54,602 nt of DNA from Spirochaetota bacterium. Its GTDB lineage: Bacteria > Spirochaetota > UBA4802 > JAFGDQ01. The position numbers and the translations under genes were made by a program. Positions within the stretch are counted from its first letter, which is position 1. Each line of letters starts with the position of its first letter. The notes beneath the pieces are model-generated. The model was not told where the DNA came from. It searched no databases and saw only the letters and a list, made by a program, of their open reading frames with translations. Of the stretch, positions 8,656-19,372 are shown piece after piece. The DNA lies in assembly GCA_043803405.1 (NCBI GenBank), contig JAZDKB010000045.1:1-54602 (forward strand), written 5' to 3'.

Positions 8656-10536
8656 ATGAAACCGGACGAAATTGAAAAAATAGAAAAAAGAGCAAGGGCT
8701 CTTCTTCTGAATAAAGATATCCAGCCTGACAAAATGGATATAGTCTATTCTCTGATCCGCAACAACAGCCTGTCCAGAGAAGAGAAATACAGCGCGGTAA
8801 TCGATATTATTAAGCTCTGCCCGGATAAGAAACCGCAGAAAAAAACGGAAATTAAAACCGAACCGCGCAACATAAATGCCTTAACGATCGCGGCATCGGG
8901 CAGGCATGTAAATGAATTATATCAAAAATATAAACTATTAAAATTATTTAAAAAAAGATATTTAATTCACAGCAACAACAGGCTTGGCATAGGCATACAG
9001 AAAAGGCTTATTCCCGGCAAAAGGCTTCTGAAAGCTTTAAGGGAAATCGTTTCCTTACAGGAAAAAATCCTTTCCAGGCTGCCGGATATTTTGATGGCCA
9101 TACTAAGAGATGAAAACATCGATGACGCGACCCATTTTAATTACCTTCGGATTTTCCGCAGATGGATGATGGAAACTCCTATTATTAAATACGATTCGTA
9201 TGAAATAAAATGGATGACGCCTGCACATATAGAATCCGAACTGCAAAGTTATATAACTAATTTTTTCTCCTTTCTTAAACTGGACATTGAAACTAAGGAA
9301 CAGATTTTACTTGCAGTAGAAAACAAACTGCGGCAGATGGACGACCTTAAAAAGGAAGAAATTAATTCCGAGTTTCCAACAGGCAATGAAAACGAAAAAA
9401 TAAAACATAATCTGGAAAAAGAAAAGATCATCTACGATTACATGATGACCATGAGATCATTCCTCCAGTCAAATTTTCAGTCTTCGGGAAATAATAACAT
9501 AATATCCGTCTATTTAAAAACAAACCTTGGCATAGATTCACTATCCGAATTTTTATTAATATTATCCGAGGCTCTTATATTTCAAAAACAGATCGAATTA
9601 AAAGATTTATTAAATCATTATGATATTAAAGCGCATTGCGTAAGTTCGGAAAACTGGGATTACAGCTCGGAACTGTTAAAAGAAATCGGTAAAGATCCCG
9701 AATCCAGAATAAAGAGACATTTGCAGAGATTAAAAAACGAACTGATCCCTTATGACGAACTATATTCATTCCTGAAATTGCGCATTGAAGGACAGGTAGT
9801 GCTGCAAAACGCATTTGAAACTCAATGGAAAATCGCGGACAAAAAGCAAAAGGATTATAATTATATTTATAACGAAGACTTTTTAACCTTTATTGATGTT
9901 TGTATTAATTATTTTAATAATTCATTTGTCCCGTTGCTGAACGGTTCAACAATTATATTCCGGGATAAAAATGAAGCCTTCATTGAAGGCAATATATTCA
10001 GCTCATCTGTTTTTTCATGGGAACTGACCCATATAGCTAATTTAATCAATGAGTTATATTATTATAAAACCGTTAACTCAAACATCACCGTTTCCCGCGA
10101 AGAAGCCAGAAAAATTCTGCAAGGGAAAGTACGCTCCATGTTCGAGGTTGAAAGATTTATCAGTTTAACAGGGGAAATTTTTAACCAGATAGCTGAAAAA
10201 ATTCACACGCTTTACGATCAGCACCGATTATGGATATTAAACAACAGCAGACTGGAAAATCCCAATATACTTTACACGCCGTTAAAAGAAATTCCGGACA
10301 CAAACGCGCCGATTCCGTTTTACAAATGCGTAATAACGGAATTTAAAGACAAACGCTCACTGACAGACAGGCAGACAGGCAATGCAATACTGGCAGATTC
10401 GACAAGAAGCGGCCTTATAATTACATTATGCGCCTTTTGTTATCAGCTTGCATACGAATGTCTGAATGATGCTGTCTTCGCAAAACTGGAAAGCAGAAAA
10501 ACAATCCTGAAAAAGCTCAAAGGTATAGGCGGATAA
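8656..10536 (+). CDS. hypothetical protein
   Basis: 626-aa open frame; no motif recognised. Confidence 0.8.
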   Translation: MKPDEIEKIEKRARALLLNKDIQPDKMDIVYSLIRNNSLSREEKYSAVIDIIKLCPDKKPQKKTEIKTEPRNINALTIAASGRHVNELYQKYKLLKLFKKRYLIHSNNRLGIGIQKRLIPGKRLLKALREIVSLQEKILSRLPDILMAILRDENIDDATHFNYLRIFRRWMMETPIIKYDSYEIKWMTPAHIESELQSYITNFFSFLKLDIETKEQILLAVENKLRQMDDLKKEEINSEFPTGNENEKIKHNLEKEKIIYDYMMTMRSFLQSNFQSSGNNNIISVYLKTNLGIDSLSEFLLILSEALIFQKQIELKDLLNHYDIKAHCVSSENWDYSSELLKEIGKDPESRIKRHLQRLKNELIPYDELYSFLKLRIEGQVVLQNAFETQWKIADKKQKDYNYIYNEDFLTFIDVCINYFNNSFVPLLNGSTIIFRDKNEAFIEGNIFSSSVFSWELTHIANLINELYYYKTVNSNITVSREEARKILQGKVRSMFEVERFISLTGEIFNQIAEKIHTLYDQHRLWILNNSRLENPNILYTPLKEIPDTNAPIPFYKCVITEFKDKRSLTDRQTGNAILADSTRSGLIITLCAFCYQLAYECLNDAVFAKLESRKTILKKLKGIGG

Positions 10537-10542
10537 CCAGAC

Positions 10543-11748
10543 ATGAAGATGTTTGTAAAAATTTTATTTATCTGTATAATATTTTTATTTTTTAACCAGC
10601 TCGCCGCACCCGGGAATGCGGAAAAAATAAAAGGCATTGCTGTTATAAAAGCCAAATATGATAATATTGAGAATACTCTGCATAAATACGGAATCCCCCA
10701 TAAAATCTATAACTACAATGATCTTGAAAACAAAGAAATTTATGACAATCATAGAGCCATCTTTTTCCCGTGCGGTGTGGAGAATACCATTGAAACTAAT
10801 GTTAACATACTTTCAAGGGGTTCCAGGATTCATTCAGTTTCCTTAAAAAAAGACTTTTATCAAACAAACGAAGAGAAGATTTATCGCAACATAAAATCAT
10901 TTGTTGAAGATGGAGGAAACGCCTACTTTTCAGATTATTCTTATAAATTATTTAATGAAGCTTTTAAATCTATGGATTTTTTTGATGATTTCCCGAATAT
11001 CGGCGCGGACGGGACATACATCCTTGAACTGCAAAATGATCTCCGTTTTTTCTGTAAAGCTAAAAATATTTATGCTGACATGTCCCATAACGGCTGGGTA
11101 GCAGTAAGATCAATATCAAAATCCGTAACTCTTGCTGAATCAACATTTAATACTATACGCGGTTTAAGAAAAGGACCTGTTATATCTCTTATGAAACGAG
11201 GCTTCGGAGAAGCTGTTTATACAAGCTATCATAAGGCAGGCGGCGATGATGAAATTACAAGATATATAATTTACCGGCTAACCTATAAATTTTTGCTGGA
11301 TCAACTCATCGAAAAAACAATTTTCTGGGATCAGGATATCAATTGCTCAATAATTGATTCAATAAGGGAATGGGAGTATCACAGATCATATTTTGTTCCT
11401 GTGAATAAGGGAAACAACACAATTTATTTTGTTTCAAATAAAGGCCCTTTCCAGATTGATGTTTTCGATAATGAGAAGCAATTAATAATTTCCAATGACC
11501 TTAACAGCTCAGAGTTTCATATGAATATAAAATCCGATGAATATCAATTGCTGAATCTGAAAATATATCCTTCAAATCCAAAACTGCATGGAGTTTATTC
11601 AATTGTTTCAGCCGAAGGGATCAGATTTATTCCATATTGCAGAATAATAATGTATTTTCTGCTCTCTATTGCCATCATTATGGCAGTATACTGGATAAAT
11701 AAGACTATAGGCATAAAAAAATTTTCCGGAAGAATCAGACAAAAATAG
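10543..11748 (+). CDS. hypothetical exported protein with C-terminal TM anchor
   Basis: 401 aa; N-terminal signal peptide; C-terminal hydrophobic helix followed by a basic tail. Confidence 0.8.
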   Translation: MKMFVKILFICIIFLFFNQLAAPGNAEKIKGIAVIKAKYDNIENTLHKYGIPHKIYNYNDLENKEIYDNHRAIFFPCGVENTIETNVNILSRGSRIHSVSLKKDFYQTNEEKIYRNIKSFVEDGGNAYFSDYSYKLFNEAFKSMDFFDDFPNIGADGTYILELQNDLRFFCKAKNIYADMSHNGWVAVRSISKSVTLAESTFNTIRGLRKGPVISLMKRGFGEAVYTSYHKAGGDDEITRYIIYRLTYKFLLDQLIEKTIFWDQDINCSIIDSIREWEYHRSYFVPVNKGNNTIYFVSNKGPFQIDVFDNEKQLIISNDLNSSEFHMNIKSDEYQLLNLKIYPSNPKLHGVYSIVSAEGIRFIPYCRIIMYFLLSIAIIMAVYWINKTIGIKKFSGRIRQK

Positions 11749-11836
11749 TTGCATTCATTTCTAAATATGCTTGATATAAACAGGATTATTATAATTAATT
11801 AAGAGTTAACTTTTATTTTAAAAGCTGGAAAAAACT

Positions 11837-12598
11837 ATGAGTAGAGTAATATCTGTTTCAAACCAGAAAGGCGGGGTCGGCAAAACAACGACAACAATAA
11901 ATATTGCCGCGTTTCTTGCTGAAAAAGGAAAACGCGTCTTAATTATTGATATAGACCCTCAGGGAAATGCCGGATTCGGCCTCGGCATTAATGCGGAAGA
12001 AATTCAAAACACCATATACGAAGTATTAATAAAGGAAATCCCTGTTGAAGACGCGATCTTTAAAACTGAAATTGAAAATTTATTTATAATCCCTTCCAAT
12101 ATTCATCTTTCTGGAGCCCAGGTTGAATTGTTAAACTACGATAAAAGAGAATTTATCTTAAAAGAAATAATCAGTAAAATAAAAAAGGATTTTGATGTAA
12201 TTCTTATAGACTGCCCGCCTTCACTGGGGATATTAACGTTAAACAGTTTAGTCGCCGCCGATTCCGTGCTTATCCCGCTACAATGCGAATATTATGCTCT
12301 TGAAGGATTAAACCAGCTGCTAAGGGTTATTGCAATGGTACAGGAAAACCTGAATAAAAATTTAGTAGTCGAAGGCGTTGTGCTCACAATGTACGATCCG
12401 AGAACCAACCTGAGCCAGCAGATAGTATCTGATGTCAGGGAATACTTCAAGGAAAAAGTGTTTAAGACAATAGTCCCGCGGAACGTAAAATTATCCGAAG
12501 CACCTTCGTTCGGCAAACCCATAAACCTGTATGACAGGAATTGTACCGGCTGTGAGAGCTATGAAAAACTTTCTTTAGAGGTGCTGGAAAATGTCTAA
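11837..12598 (+). CDS. parA: chromosome partitioning ATPase ParA/Soj
   Basis: NQKGGVGKTTT, DIDPQGNA, DCPPSLG, QCEYYALEG and PRNVKLSEAPSFG motifs. Confidence 0.97.
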   Translation: MSRVISVSNQKGGVGKTTTTINIAAFLAEKGKRVLIIDIDPQGNAGFGLGINAEEIQNTIYEVLIKEIPVEDAIFKTEIENLFIIPSNIHLSGAQVELLNYDKREFILKEIISKIKKDFDVILIDCPPSLGILTLNSLVAADSVLIPLQCEYYALEGLNQLLRVIAMVQENLNKNLVVEGVVLTMYDPRTNLSQQIVSDVREYFKEKVFKTIVPRNVKLSEAPSFGKPINLYDRNCTGCESYEKLSLEVLENV

Positions 12599-13472
12599 GA
12601 AAGTATTGGGGAAAGGATTAAGTGCAATAATATCTACTGTCCAGTCATCCGATGATACGCAATCATATAAAGACATGCCGGCAGGAGAAGATATAAAAGG
12701 AAGAATAATTGACCTGGATATTGATTCAATATTGCCGAATCCGGACCAGCCCAGAACGCATTTTAACGAAGAAAAGATAATGGAACTGGCGGACTCGATA
12801 AAATCGACGGGGCTTATCCAGCCTGTAACAGTAAGAAAAGAGGGCGATACATACTTCCTTGTTACAGGTGAAAGAAGGCTAAGGGCATCCAAACTGGCCG
12901 GGCTAAAAAAGATCAAATCAATTCTTCTGCAAAACGAAAAGGACGACAATCTTACAATTGCTTTGATAGAGAACCTTCAGCGAGAAGATCTGGACCCGAT
13001 CGAAGAAGCAAAAGCTTATAAAATCCTTGTAAACAAATTCAAATTAAAACAGCACGAAATTGCTGAAAAGGTAGGAAAAGACAGGGCTACAATAGCCAAT
13101 TCAATACGCCTTTTAAATCTAAACGAAAGAATCCAGCAGGCTCTCTCGGAAGGCAGAATCAGCGTCGGCCATGCCAAGGTCTTGCTCGGGGCAGATGAAT
13201 CGCAGCAATTAAAAATATTCAGTGAAATTATCGATAAGGAGCTTTCAGTCAGAGAAGCCGAAAAACTTGTATCTCCCGAAAAACCCGATGAGCAAAAAGC
13301 AGCCGTTAAATTAAAATCAAAAGACGCTCATATAAAAAAAATGGAAGAGAAGTTAATAGCCATTTTCGGAACAAAGGTCGAGATTAAGCATTCCGGGAAA
13401 AGCGGAAGAATAGAAATTAATTATTATTCAATTGATGACTTTGACCGAATAATGGAAATCCTAAAAAAATAA
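12591..13472 (+). CDS. parB: chromosome partitioning protein ParB/Spo0J
   Basis: LGKGLSA, PNPDQPR, GERRLRA, IENLQREDL and an HTH; overlaps the parA stop. Confidence 0.97.
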   Translation: MSKKVLGKGLSAIISTVQSSDDTQSYKDMPAGEDIKGRIIDLDIDSILPNPDQPRTHFNEEKIMELADSIKSTGLIQPVTVRKEGDTYFLVTGERRLRASKLAGLKKIKSILLQNEKDDNLTIALIENLQREDLDPIEEAKAYKILVNKFKLKQHEIAEKVGKDRATIANSIRLLNLNERIQQALSEGRISVGHAKVLLGADESQQLKIFSEIIDKELSVREAEKLVSPEKPDEQKAAVKLKSKDAHIKKMEEKLIAIFGTKVEIKHSGKSGRIEINYYSIDDFDRIMEILKK

Positions 13473-13547
13473 TAATTGGGGGTTCATAAAATATTTTTTA
13501 AATAATCTATCCCGATAAACAATAAAAGTATTTATAGTCTATGCGTA

Positions 13548-14045
13548 TTACTCCGATTCCGGATCAGGTTTTAATATAATTCTTTCAAGATGATCGTTTT
13601 CAGTATCGAGTATAGCAACAGAATGCTCCTGCTCCAGACCGCCGGGATTTATAACCCTGGTATTATTCCTTATATAATCCTCAAAATGATGTGTATGCCC
13701 TTTAATAATATAATTATATTTGCCGGAAGCAATCGCCTCTCTGAATACCGGGACAACATTGCCATGCAGAATTAAAATTTTTTTATCATCTATTGTCAGT
13801 TCACATATTTCCCTAATGCAATCAAATCCGATTTTTAAGCATTCGGCATTTAACTGATCAAAATCCCTATCCGCATTCCCCATAACGAATCTGCAATTAA
13901 AATCCTTAAACAGTGCAAGTACTTCCGGTGATGTAAAATCGCCGGCATGAACTAAAATGTCTATATTTCTGTCTTTAAATAATCGACAGGCTTGTTTTGT
14001 AATTTTAAAGTTATCATGCGTATCTGAAATTATTCCAATCTTCAT
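13548..14045 (-). CDS. YfcE-family metallophosphoesterase
   Basis: SDTHD, HAGD, GNAD, HG, GHTH and NPG motifs. Confidence 0.92.
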   Translation of the reverse strand: MKIGIISDTHDNFKITKQACRLFKDRNIDILVHAGDFTSPEVLALFKDFNCRFVMGNADRDFDQLNAECLKIGFDCIREICELTIDDKKILILHGNVVPVFREAIASGKYNYIIKGHTHHFEDYIRNNTRVINPGGLEQEHSVAILDTENDHLERIILKPDPESE

Positions 14046-14068
14046 CTATATTCAACCATAAAAGATTT

Positions 14069-16030
14069 TCATCCAAGTTTTGCGCCAACAGGAATTTTTT
14101 CATCTACTTCAATCAGAAAAAGTTTGCCCTCATCGTTCTTTGCAGCTAAAAGCATGCCGGATGATTTATGTTTAAAAATAACTGCAGGTTTTAAATTTGC
14201 CACAAGAAGTATCTTTTTACCTGAAAGATACTCAGTATCATAATATTCGGCTATACCTGCAATTATTATTCTATTATCCAGTCCTGAATCTATTTCCAGC
14301 TCAAGCAGTTTGCCGGATCCTTCAATTTTTGAAGCTTTAAGTATCTTTGCGACTCTTATATCGATCTTGGCAAACTCCTTTATATCAACAAGACCTTCAG
14401 GTAATTTATCTTTTGTATTATCTTTCGTTGTATCTTTATCCGTTTTAATATCTTTTTTTTGTACTTCTTTCTTAACTTCCTGTTTTATTTTTTCTTCCCT
14501 TTCAATTTTTGGGAACAGAATACCGGGATCGGATAATTTTTCTCCTGTGCAAAGAGAATCCAATTTATAAAGATCAGAGATATTTTCCGATTTACCTGAA
14601 GCCTGTAAAGCAGCAATTATTTTAGGAGAAGTGTTAATTAATAGAGGAGAAAGCAATGCTGCAACACTGTAAATCGATTCAAGCAGATTCCTCATAACTG
14701 ATGACAATAAGTCAGTATTTTTCTCTTTCGATAACTGCCATGGTTTATTTTCATCAACGTATTTATTCAAATATCTGATAAATTCCCATAATTTCTCAAT
14801 GCCGACACTTGTTTGAAAACCTGAACAGTATTTAATATATTCATCAGCAGATTTACCGAAAAGCACTTTCAGCTCATCTTTCCCTGCTGGAGCAGAGCTG
14901 ACAAACTCCGGTATTTTGCCTTCAAAATATTTTTCCACCATGTTAAAAACACGGTTAACAAGATTGCCAAGGTCATTCGCAAGATCGTAATTTATTCTAT
15001 CTATAATTACTTCTTCATTGAATTTAGCGTCAGAACCGAATGTCATTTCCTTTAAAAAGAAATATCTTATTTGATCATTTCCGAATTTGTTAACCAAATC
15101 CATTGGCTTCACAACATTACCGAGGCTTTTAGACATCTTTGCTTCATCCATATTCCAGTAACCATGAACATTTAAATGTTTAAAAGGCTCTATGCCTGCA
15201 GCGTGCAGCATTGTAGGCCAGAATATGCCGTGAGGCTTTACAATATCCTTTGCAATTATATGATTGGAAACAGGCCAGTATTTTTTAAACTTTTCATCGT
15301 CAGGATAACCTATAGCGCTTATATAATTAATCAGGGCATCAAACCACACATATGTCACATAATTATCATCAAAGGGCAGACTGATGCCCCAGCTTAAACG
15401 TGACTTTGGCCTGGAAATACATAAATCCTCAAGAACGCCGGTCTTTAAAAGTGACATTACTTCATTCTTATATCTTTCAGGTCTAATGAATTCCGGATTA
15501 TTATTTATATAATCCAGAAGCCAAGTTTGATATTTACTCATCCTGAAAAAATAATTTTTCTCTTCGATATACTGAGGTTCTTTATTATGTTCGAGGCATT
15601 TCCCGTTTACAATCTCCTTGTCAGTCAAAAATCTTTCGCAGCCAAAACAATAATTTCCGCCATAACTGCCGAAGTAAATATCGCCCTTATCATAAACATT
15701 TTGTAGTATTTCCCTGACAACTTTTTTATGACGTTCTTCAGTAGTCCTGATAAAATCATCTGGTTTAATCTGAAGATCTTCCCATGTCTTTCGGAATAGA
15801 TTGCTTATGCTATCGGTATAGTCCTGAGGATCAGTATTTTTTTCGGCAGCTGCAATGGCAATTTTATCCCCATGCTCGTCTGTACCAGTTAAAAAATATG
15901 AATCATAACCGAGCATCCTGTAAAATCTGCAAAGAAAATCGGCGAGTACTGTAGTATATGCATGCCCGATATGTGGTTCTGCATTTACATAATAAATAGG
16001 TGTGGTCACATAGAACTTATTATTCATCAA
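14069..16030 (-). CDS. metG: methionine--tRNA ligase with C-terminal tRNA-binding domain
   Basis: TTPIYYVN, HIGH, YVWFDAL and KMSKS motifs; C-terminal OB fold. Confidence 0.97.
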   Translation of the reverse strand: MMNNKFYVTTPIYYVNAEPHIGHAYTTVLADFLCRFYRMLGYDSYFLTGTDEHGDKIAIAAAEKNTDPQDYTDSISNLFRKTWEDLQIKPDDFIRTTEERHKKVVREILQNVYDKGDIYFGSYGGNYCFGCERFLTDKEIVNGKCLEHNKEPQYIEEKNYFFRMSKYQTWLLDYINNNPEFIRPERYKNEVMSLLKTGVLEDLCISRPKSRLSWGISLPFDDNYVTYVWFDALINYISAIGYPDDEKFKKYWPVSNHIIAKDIVKPHGIFWPTMLHAAGIEPFKHLNVHGYWNMDEAKMSKSLGNVVKPMDLVNKFGNDQIRYFFLKEMTFGSDAKFNEEVIIDRINYDLANDLGNLVNRVFNMVEKYFEGKIPEFVSSAPAGKDELKVLFGKSADEYIKYCSGFQTSVGIEKLWEFIRYLNKYVDENKPWQLSKEKNTDLLSSVMRNLLESIYSVAALLSPLLINTSPKIIAALQASGKSENISDLYKLDSLCTGEKLSDPGILFPKIEREEKIKQEVKKEVQKKDIKTDKDTTKDNTKDKLPEGLVDIKEFAKIDIRVAKILKASKIEGSGKLLELEIDSGLDNRIIIAGIAEYYDTEYLSGKKILLVANLKPAVIFKHKSSGMLLAAKNDEGKLFLIEVDEKIPVGAKLG

Positions 16031-16898
16031 TTACCTCTGCGTGGCTGGAGTCCTTTGAATTTAAAGCCGCAATCTTTTTAATCACTTCGTCACTGATAAA
16101 ATATTCTTCTTTGATTTTCTGTACGTCCGAGCCGCTGACATCAAAAATGTGATTTTCATTACGTAATTTAAGAAATCCGTTTAATGTATCTATGGATATA
16201 ACTTTATAAATTTTTCCTCCCGCATGTATTTCCGTATCAAGTGCAGGTAAATTCTTATTAAGTTCTTTATATAGATCATATTCATATCCGAGACAACATA
16301 AAAGACGGCCGCACATTCCCGATATTTTTAATGAGTTTAAATTTAAATTTTGTTCTTTAGCCATTTTAATGGATACGGGATCGAATCTGTCGTTTAAAAA
16401 TCCGCAGCAAAGCCCTCTGCCGCAAAGGCCGAATCCCCCTACCATCTTAGTCTCATCCCGCACGCCAATCTGCCTCATTTCTATTCTTGTCCGGAAAACG
16501 GAAGCCAGATCCCTCACTACTTCTCTAAAGTCTATTCTGTTCTCAGCAACAAAATAGAAAATAATTTTTGTTTTGTCGAAAAGGCACTTTACAGAAACAA
16601 GCTTCATATCAAGCTTCCTTTCTACTATCTTCTTCCTGCAAACATCGTAAGCCTTTTCCTCAACAGAAGTAATATCCTGTAAGTTATTAATTTCTTCTTT
16701 GGAAGCACTCCTTAATATCTTTCCCTTCTTATCAATTTCATTCTCATTAAAGTGCTTAATTCGTCCACACGTATATCCCAAGTCGGTGCCATGTTCTGTT
16801 TCTATAACATAATAAGAATTCTGCTCAACAAGTATCTCATTAGTATCCACAAAGCAAGGTTCGCAGCAATTGCGTACTTTTATATATATAACTGACAA
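16020..16898 (-). CDS. ricT: PSP1-domain / RicT (YaaT) family protein
   Basis: RIDFRE, RIEMRQIG.RDE, CGRGLCC and ISGMCGRLLCCL motifs. Confidence 0.9.
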   Translation of the reverse strand: MSVIYIKVRNCCEPCFVDTNEILVEQNSYYVIETEHGTDLGYTCGRIKHFNENEIDKKGKILRSASKEEINNLQDITSVEEKAYDVCRKKIVERKLDMKLVSVKCLFDKTKIIFYFVAENRIDFREVVRDLASVFRTRIEMRQIGVRDETKMVGGFGLCGRGLCCGFLNDRFDPVSIKMAKEQNLNLNSLKISGMCGRLLCCLGYEYDLYKELNKNLPALDTEIHAGGKIYKVISIDTLNGFLKLRNENHIFDVSGSDVQKIKEEYFISDEVIKKIAALNSKDSSHAEVIDE

Positions 16899-16942
16899 TA
16901 AATTATCCTCCGGTTATATCCGCCAATTCTCTCTGTAAAACA

Positions 16943-17911
16943 CTAAAGAGAGTACAAAAGACCTTTTAATGCGTATTTAAAATTTAAATTATATGCTTCA
17001 TTTTTTTTCAACAGGATTAAGGCTTTCAGAAGATTTAAAATCTTCTTTTCATCCTTTATAAAAAAACCGCTTAATTCATGATTAATGACAGTATCTTTTC
17101 TGATAACTTTTATCAGATTTAATCTGAATATGTTAATGATAATATCGAGTAATATTTCAGTTTTGATTTTATTTTGAAATGGAGCTAAGTCAACATCAAT
17201 AACTTTATCTTCGCTAATGGAAAAAAATATTGACTGACATATTTGAATAATTTTATTAAACAAATCGCTATCGGCAAGAATTCCTGCAATATCCAGTGAT
17301 CCACCGGATATTTCTACAATGAACTCCATCTCGGATTCGCTTAAGTTTAAAAAATTATCTTTAAATATCAACTCCCTTATATTAATAACAGACAATGGAA
17401 AAAATCTGATTTCAGTACATCTTGATAAAATTGTAGGAAGTAAATTATTTTTATTTGAAGTAATTAAAATAAAATTAGAATCCTGCGAAGGCTCTTCAAT
17501 GGTTTTCAATAAGGCATTTTGCCCCTCTTCGCCAATTCTGTCAATTCCGTCAATTAATACTCCAATTTTACCACTTATTGATTTTACTGCTAACTTTTCA
17601 ATAAGCCATCTGACTGTCCCCGTCTCATGATATTCTTCAGTTCCTATTGGGATAATTCCTTTCTCGTTTGGATGAAGTTCAATAAAATCCGGAAAAGTGT
17701 CATGTTCAATTTGTTTACAAACAGAGCATGTAAGACAAGGAGGATTTTTACTTTTGCAGAAAAGTGCATTTAAAAATTTCTTTGCAATTAATTTTTTTCC
17801 AATTCCGGAACAACCGGTGAATAGAACCACCTGCGGGATTTTTCCGTTTTGTAAAAGAAATTCAAGATTTTTTATTTGCCTTTGATGTCCTTTTATACCA
17901 TCTGAATTCAT
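16943..17911 (-). CDS. holB: DNA polymerase III delta' subunit
   Basis: Degenerate Walker A GCSGIGK; Zn motif C..PCLTCSVC; NALLKTIEEP; LPTILSRC. Confidence 0.88.
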   Translation of the reverse strand: MNSDGIKGHQRQIKNLEFLLQNGKIPQVVLFTGCSGIGKKLIAKKFLNALFCKSKNPPCLTCSVCKQIEHDTFPDFIELHPNEKGIIPIGTEEYHETGTVRWLIEKLAVKSISGKIGVLIDGIDRIGEEGQNALLKTIEEPSQDSNFILITSNKNNLLPTILSRCTEIRFFPLSVINIRELIFKDNFLNLSESEMEFIVEISGGSLDIAGILADSDLFNKIIQICQSIFFSISEDKVIDVDLAPFQNKIKTEILLDIIINIFRLNLIKVIRKDTVINHELSGFFIKDEKKILNLLKALILLKKNEAYNLNFKYALKGLLYSL

Positions 17912-17926
17912 AATAAAACAGCAACT

Positions 17927-18373
17927 CTAATATAATAGATCAAATATCAGTCCTCTGATTTCTTCTATCTTTTTTAACAGATTAAATGCTTTATTGTTTT
18001 TGTTTGTTATTTCTTTAGCTATTTCAAAAAGTCCGGTATTAATTTTATTTATAATAATAAAATCTGCTTTATCTTTTCTAAGGCGTTTAAGTTTTAATGT
18101 TTCAAATCCTTCGTGCAATATCTTTTTAAGTATCTTTTCAACAATTGATCTGTATCTGTTAAGATAATATAATGTCTGATTTTGTGAAAAATATTTTTCT
18201 TCTTCTTTCAAATCGGTCAATAATTTATCAATAGCACCCTCAAATTCGAATGAAACCCTATCAGATAAAACGGCATCAAATGGTTGTTTCGATTTAACAA
18301 TCTGGGATTTAATTTTAGACTTAACTTTGGAATTATCTTCTTTTTTTTGATTCGCAGAAGTTACAGTTATCAA
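17927..18373 (-). CDS. YaaR / DUF327 family protein
   Basis: C-terminal IEEIRGLIFDL motif; position upstream of holB. Confidence 0.8.
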   Translation of the reverse strand: MITVTSANQKKEDNSKVKSKIKSQIVKSKQPFDAVLSDRVSFEFEGAIDKLLTDLKEEEKYFSQNQTLYYLNRYRSIVEKILKKILHEGFETLKLKRLRKDKADFIIINKINTGLFEIAKEITNKNNKAFNLLKKIEEIRGLIFDLLY

Positions 18374-18375
18374 AT

Positions 18376-18732
18376 TTATTCGATCCTTTTATTGATTGTA
18401 CAATTACCCTCAAAAACCACTCCGTCTTCCATAATGAGTCCCGGAGTTATTATATTTCCTTCCACTTTGCCTGTTGATAGCATAATCACTCTCTCAGTAG
18501 CAAAAATGTTTCCGCGCACTTTACCGCCTACTACTACAACATTTGCTTTAATATCCGTTATTGCTTCACCTGTCTGACCTATCAAAACTTTGCCTTCCGT
18601 TTCTATAGTGCCTTTGAATTTCCCATCAATCCTCAATAAACCATTTATTGTAAATTCGCCTTTGAATTCGGACCCCTCCCCTATTATGCTGTTTACAATC
18701 TTATCCTCAATTTGCTTAACAACCCGAGCCAT
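18376..18732 (-). CDS. bactofilin (polymer-forming cytoskeletal protein)
   Basis: SIIGEGSEFKG, LRIDG and GVVFEGNC beta-helix pattern. Confidence 0.93.
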   Translation of the reverse strand: MARVVKQIEDKIVNSIIGEGSEFKGEFTINGLLRIDGKFKGTIETEGKVLIGQTGEAITDIKANVVVVGGKVRGNIFATERVIMLSTGKVEGNIITPGLIMEDGVVFEGNCTINKRIE

Positions 18733-18967
18733 AGTCCTCCATCAATGAAAAATCTTTCTTTATTGGCGTCATATTTATATTTATTTTACGTTTTGCAAGT
18801 AAGTTTTTGAAAGTTTAATTAAAAAAGGCATGGATAATATCTTGTTTTTATTGTTTTAATTTTATAAAAATTGATATATATCAATTAAATGATTTATTTA
18901 TTTATTTTTGGGTTGTCGGTTCAACAGCTAAAAACATTAAAAAAAAATAATTTTACCTAAAAAATTA

Positions 18968-18995
18968 TTGACAATTTTTTAGGTCTCTTTATAAT
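18968..18995 (+). promoter_or_regulatory. consensus sigma70 promoter
   Basis: TTGACA (18968-18973), 16 bp, TATAAT (18990-18995), upstream of a small ORF. Confidence 0.7.
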
Positions 18996-19036
18996 ACCAG
19001 TTAAGGGGAAATATTTTTAAACAAGGAGGTATTAAA

Positions 19037-19189
19037 ATGCGTATGATGAGAAATTCTATTTACCGGCTTTTAGACTATGGTTGGCCAGATCGAGTCATCG
19101 CCAGTTATCTTATGATTAAACCGACTATTGTTAAGTATTATCGTAAAAAAAGCGGTATAATCAGAGACGAATATCAAGGTTTCTATTAA
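19037..19189 (+). CDS. 50-aa stand-alone HTH-like protein (not in the ORF track)
   Basis: AAGGAGGT RBS at 19023-19030; translation MRMMRNSIYRLLDYGWPDRVIASYLMIKPTIVKYYRKKSGIIRDEYQGFY. Confidence 0.72.
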   Translation: MRMMRNSIYRLLDYGWPDRVIASYLMIKPTIVKYYRKKSGIIRDEYQGFY

Positions 19190-19258
19190 AAACAATACTG
19201 ATCTTGATATTTAGGAAGAATCATGTCAATACTTTTTTTGTTAAAAACTAATTTTTAA

Positions 19259-19372
19259 GAGGATAGCTCAATATAAAATACTAAATAACAGCATTTAAAT
19301 TTGGCATTTTAAAACATAAGATTAAAATTATTATTTATTCACACATAATAATCAATATATTGAGTTATCCTC
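19259..19372. mobile_element. MITE-like element with 17-bp terminal inverted repeats
   Basis: GAGGATAGCTCAATATA ... TATATTGAGTTATCCTC (1 mismatch); non-coding AT-rich interior; 114 bp. Confidence 0.6.

Noticed and set aside
11750..13550. parS site or replication origin near parAB
   Set aside because: No TGTTTCACGTGAAACA-like palindrome, DnaA-box cluster, dnaA or gidAB noticed.
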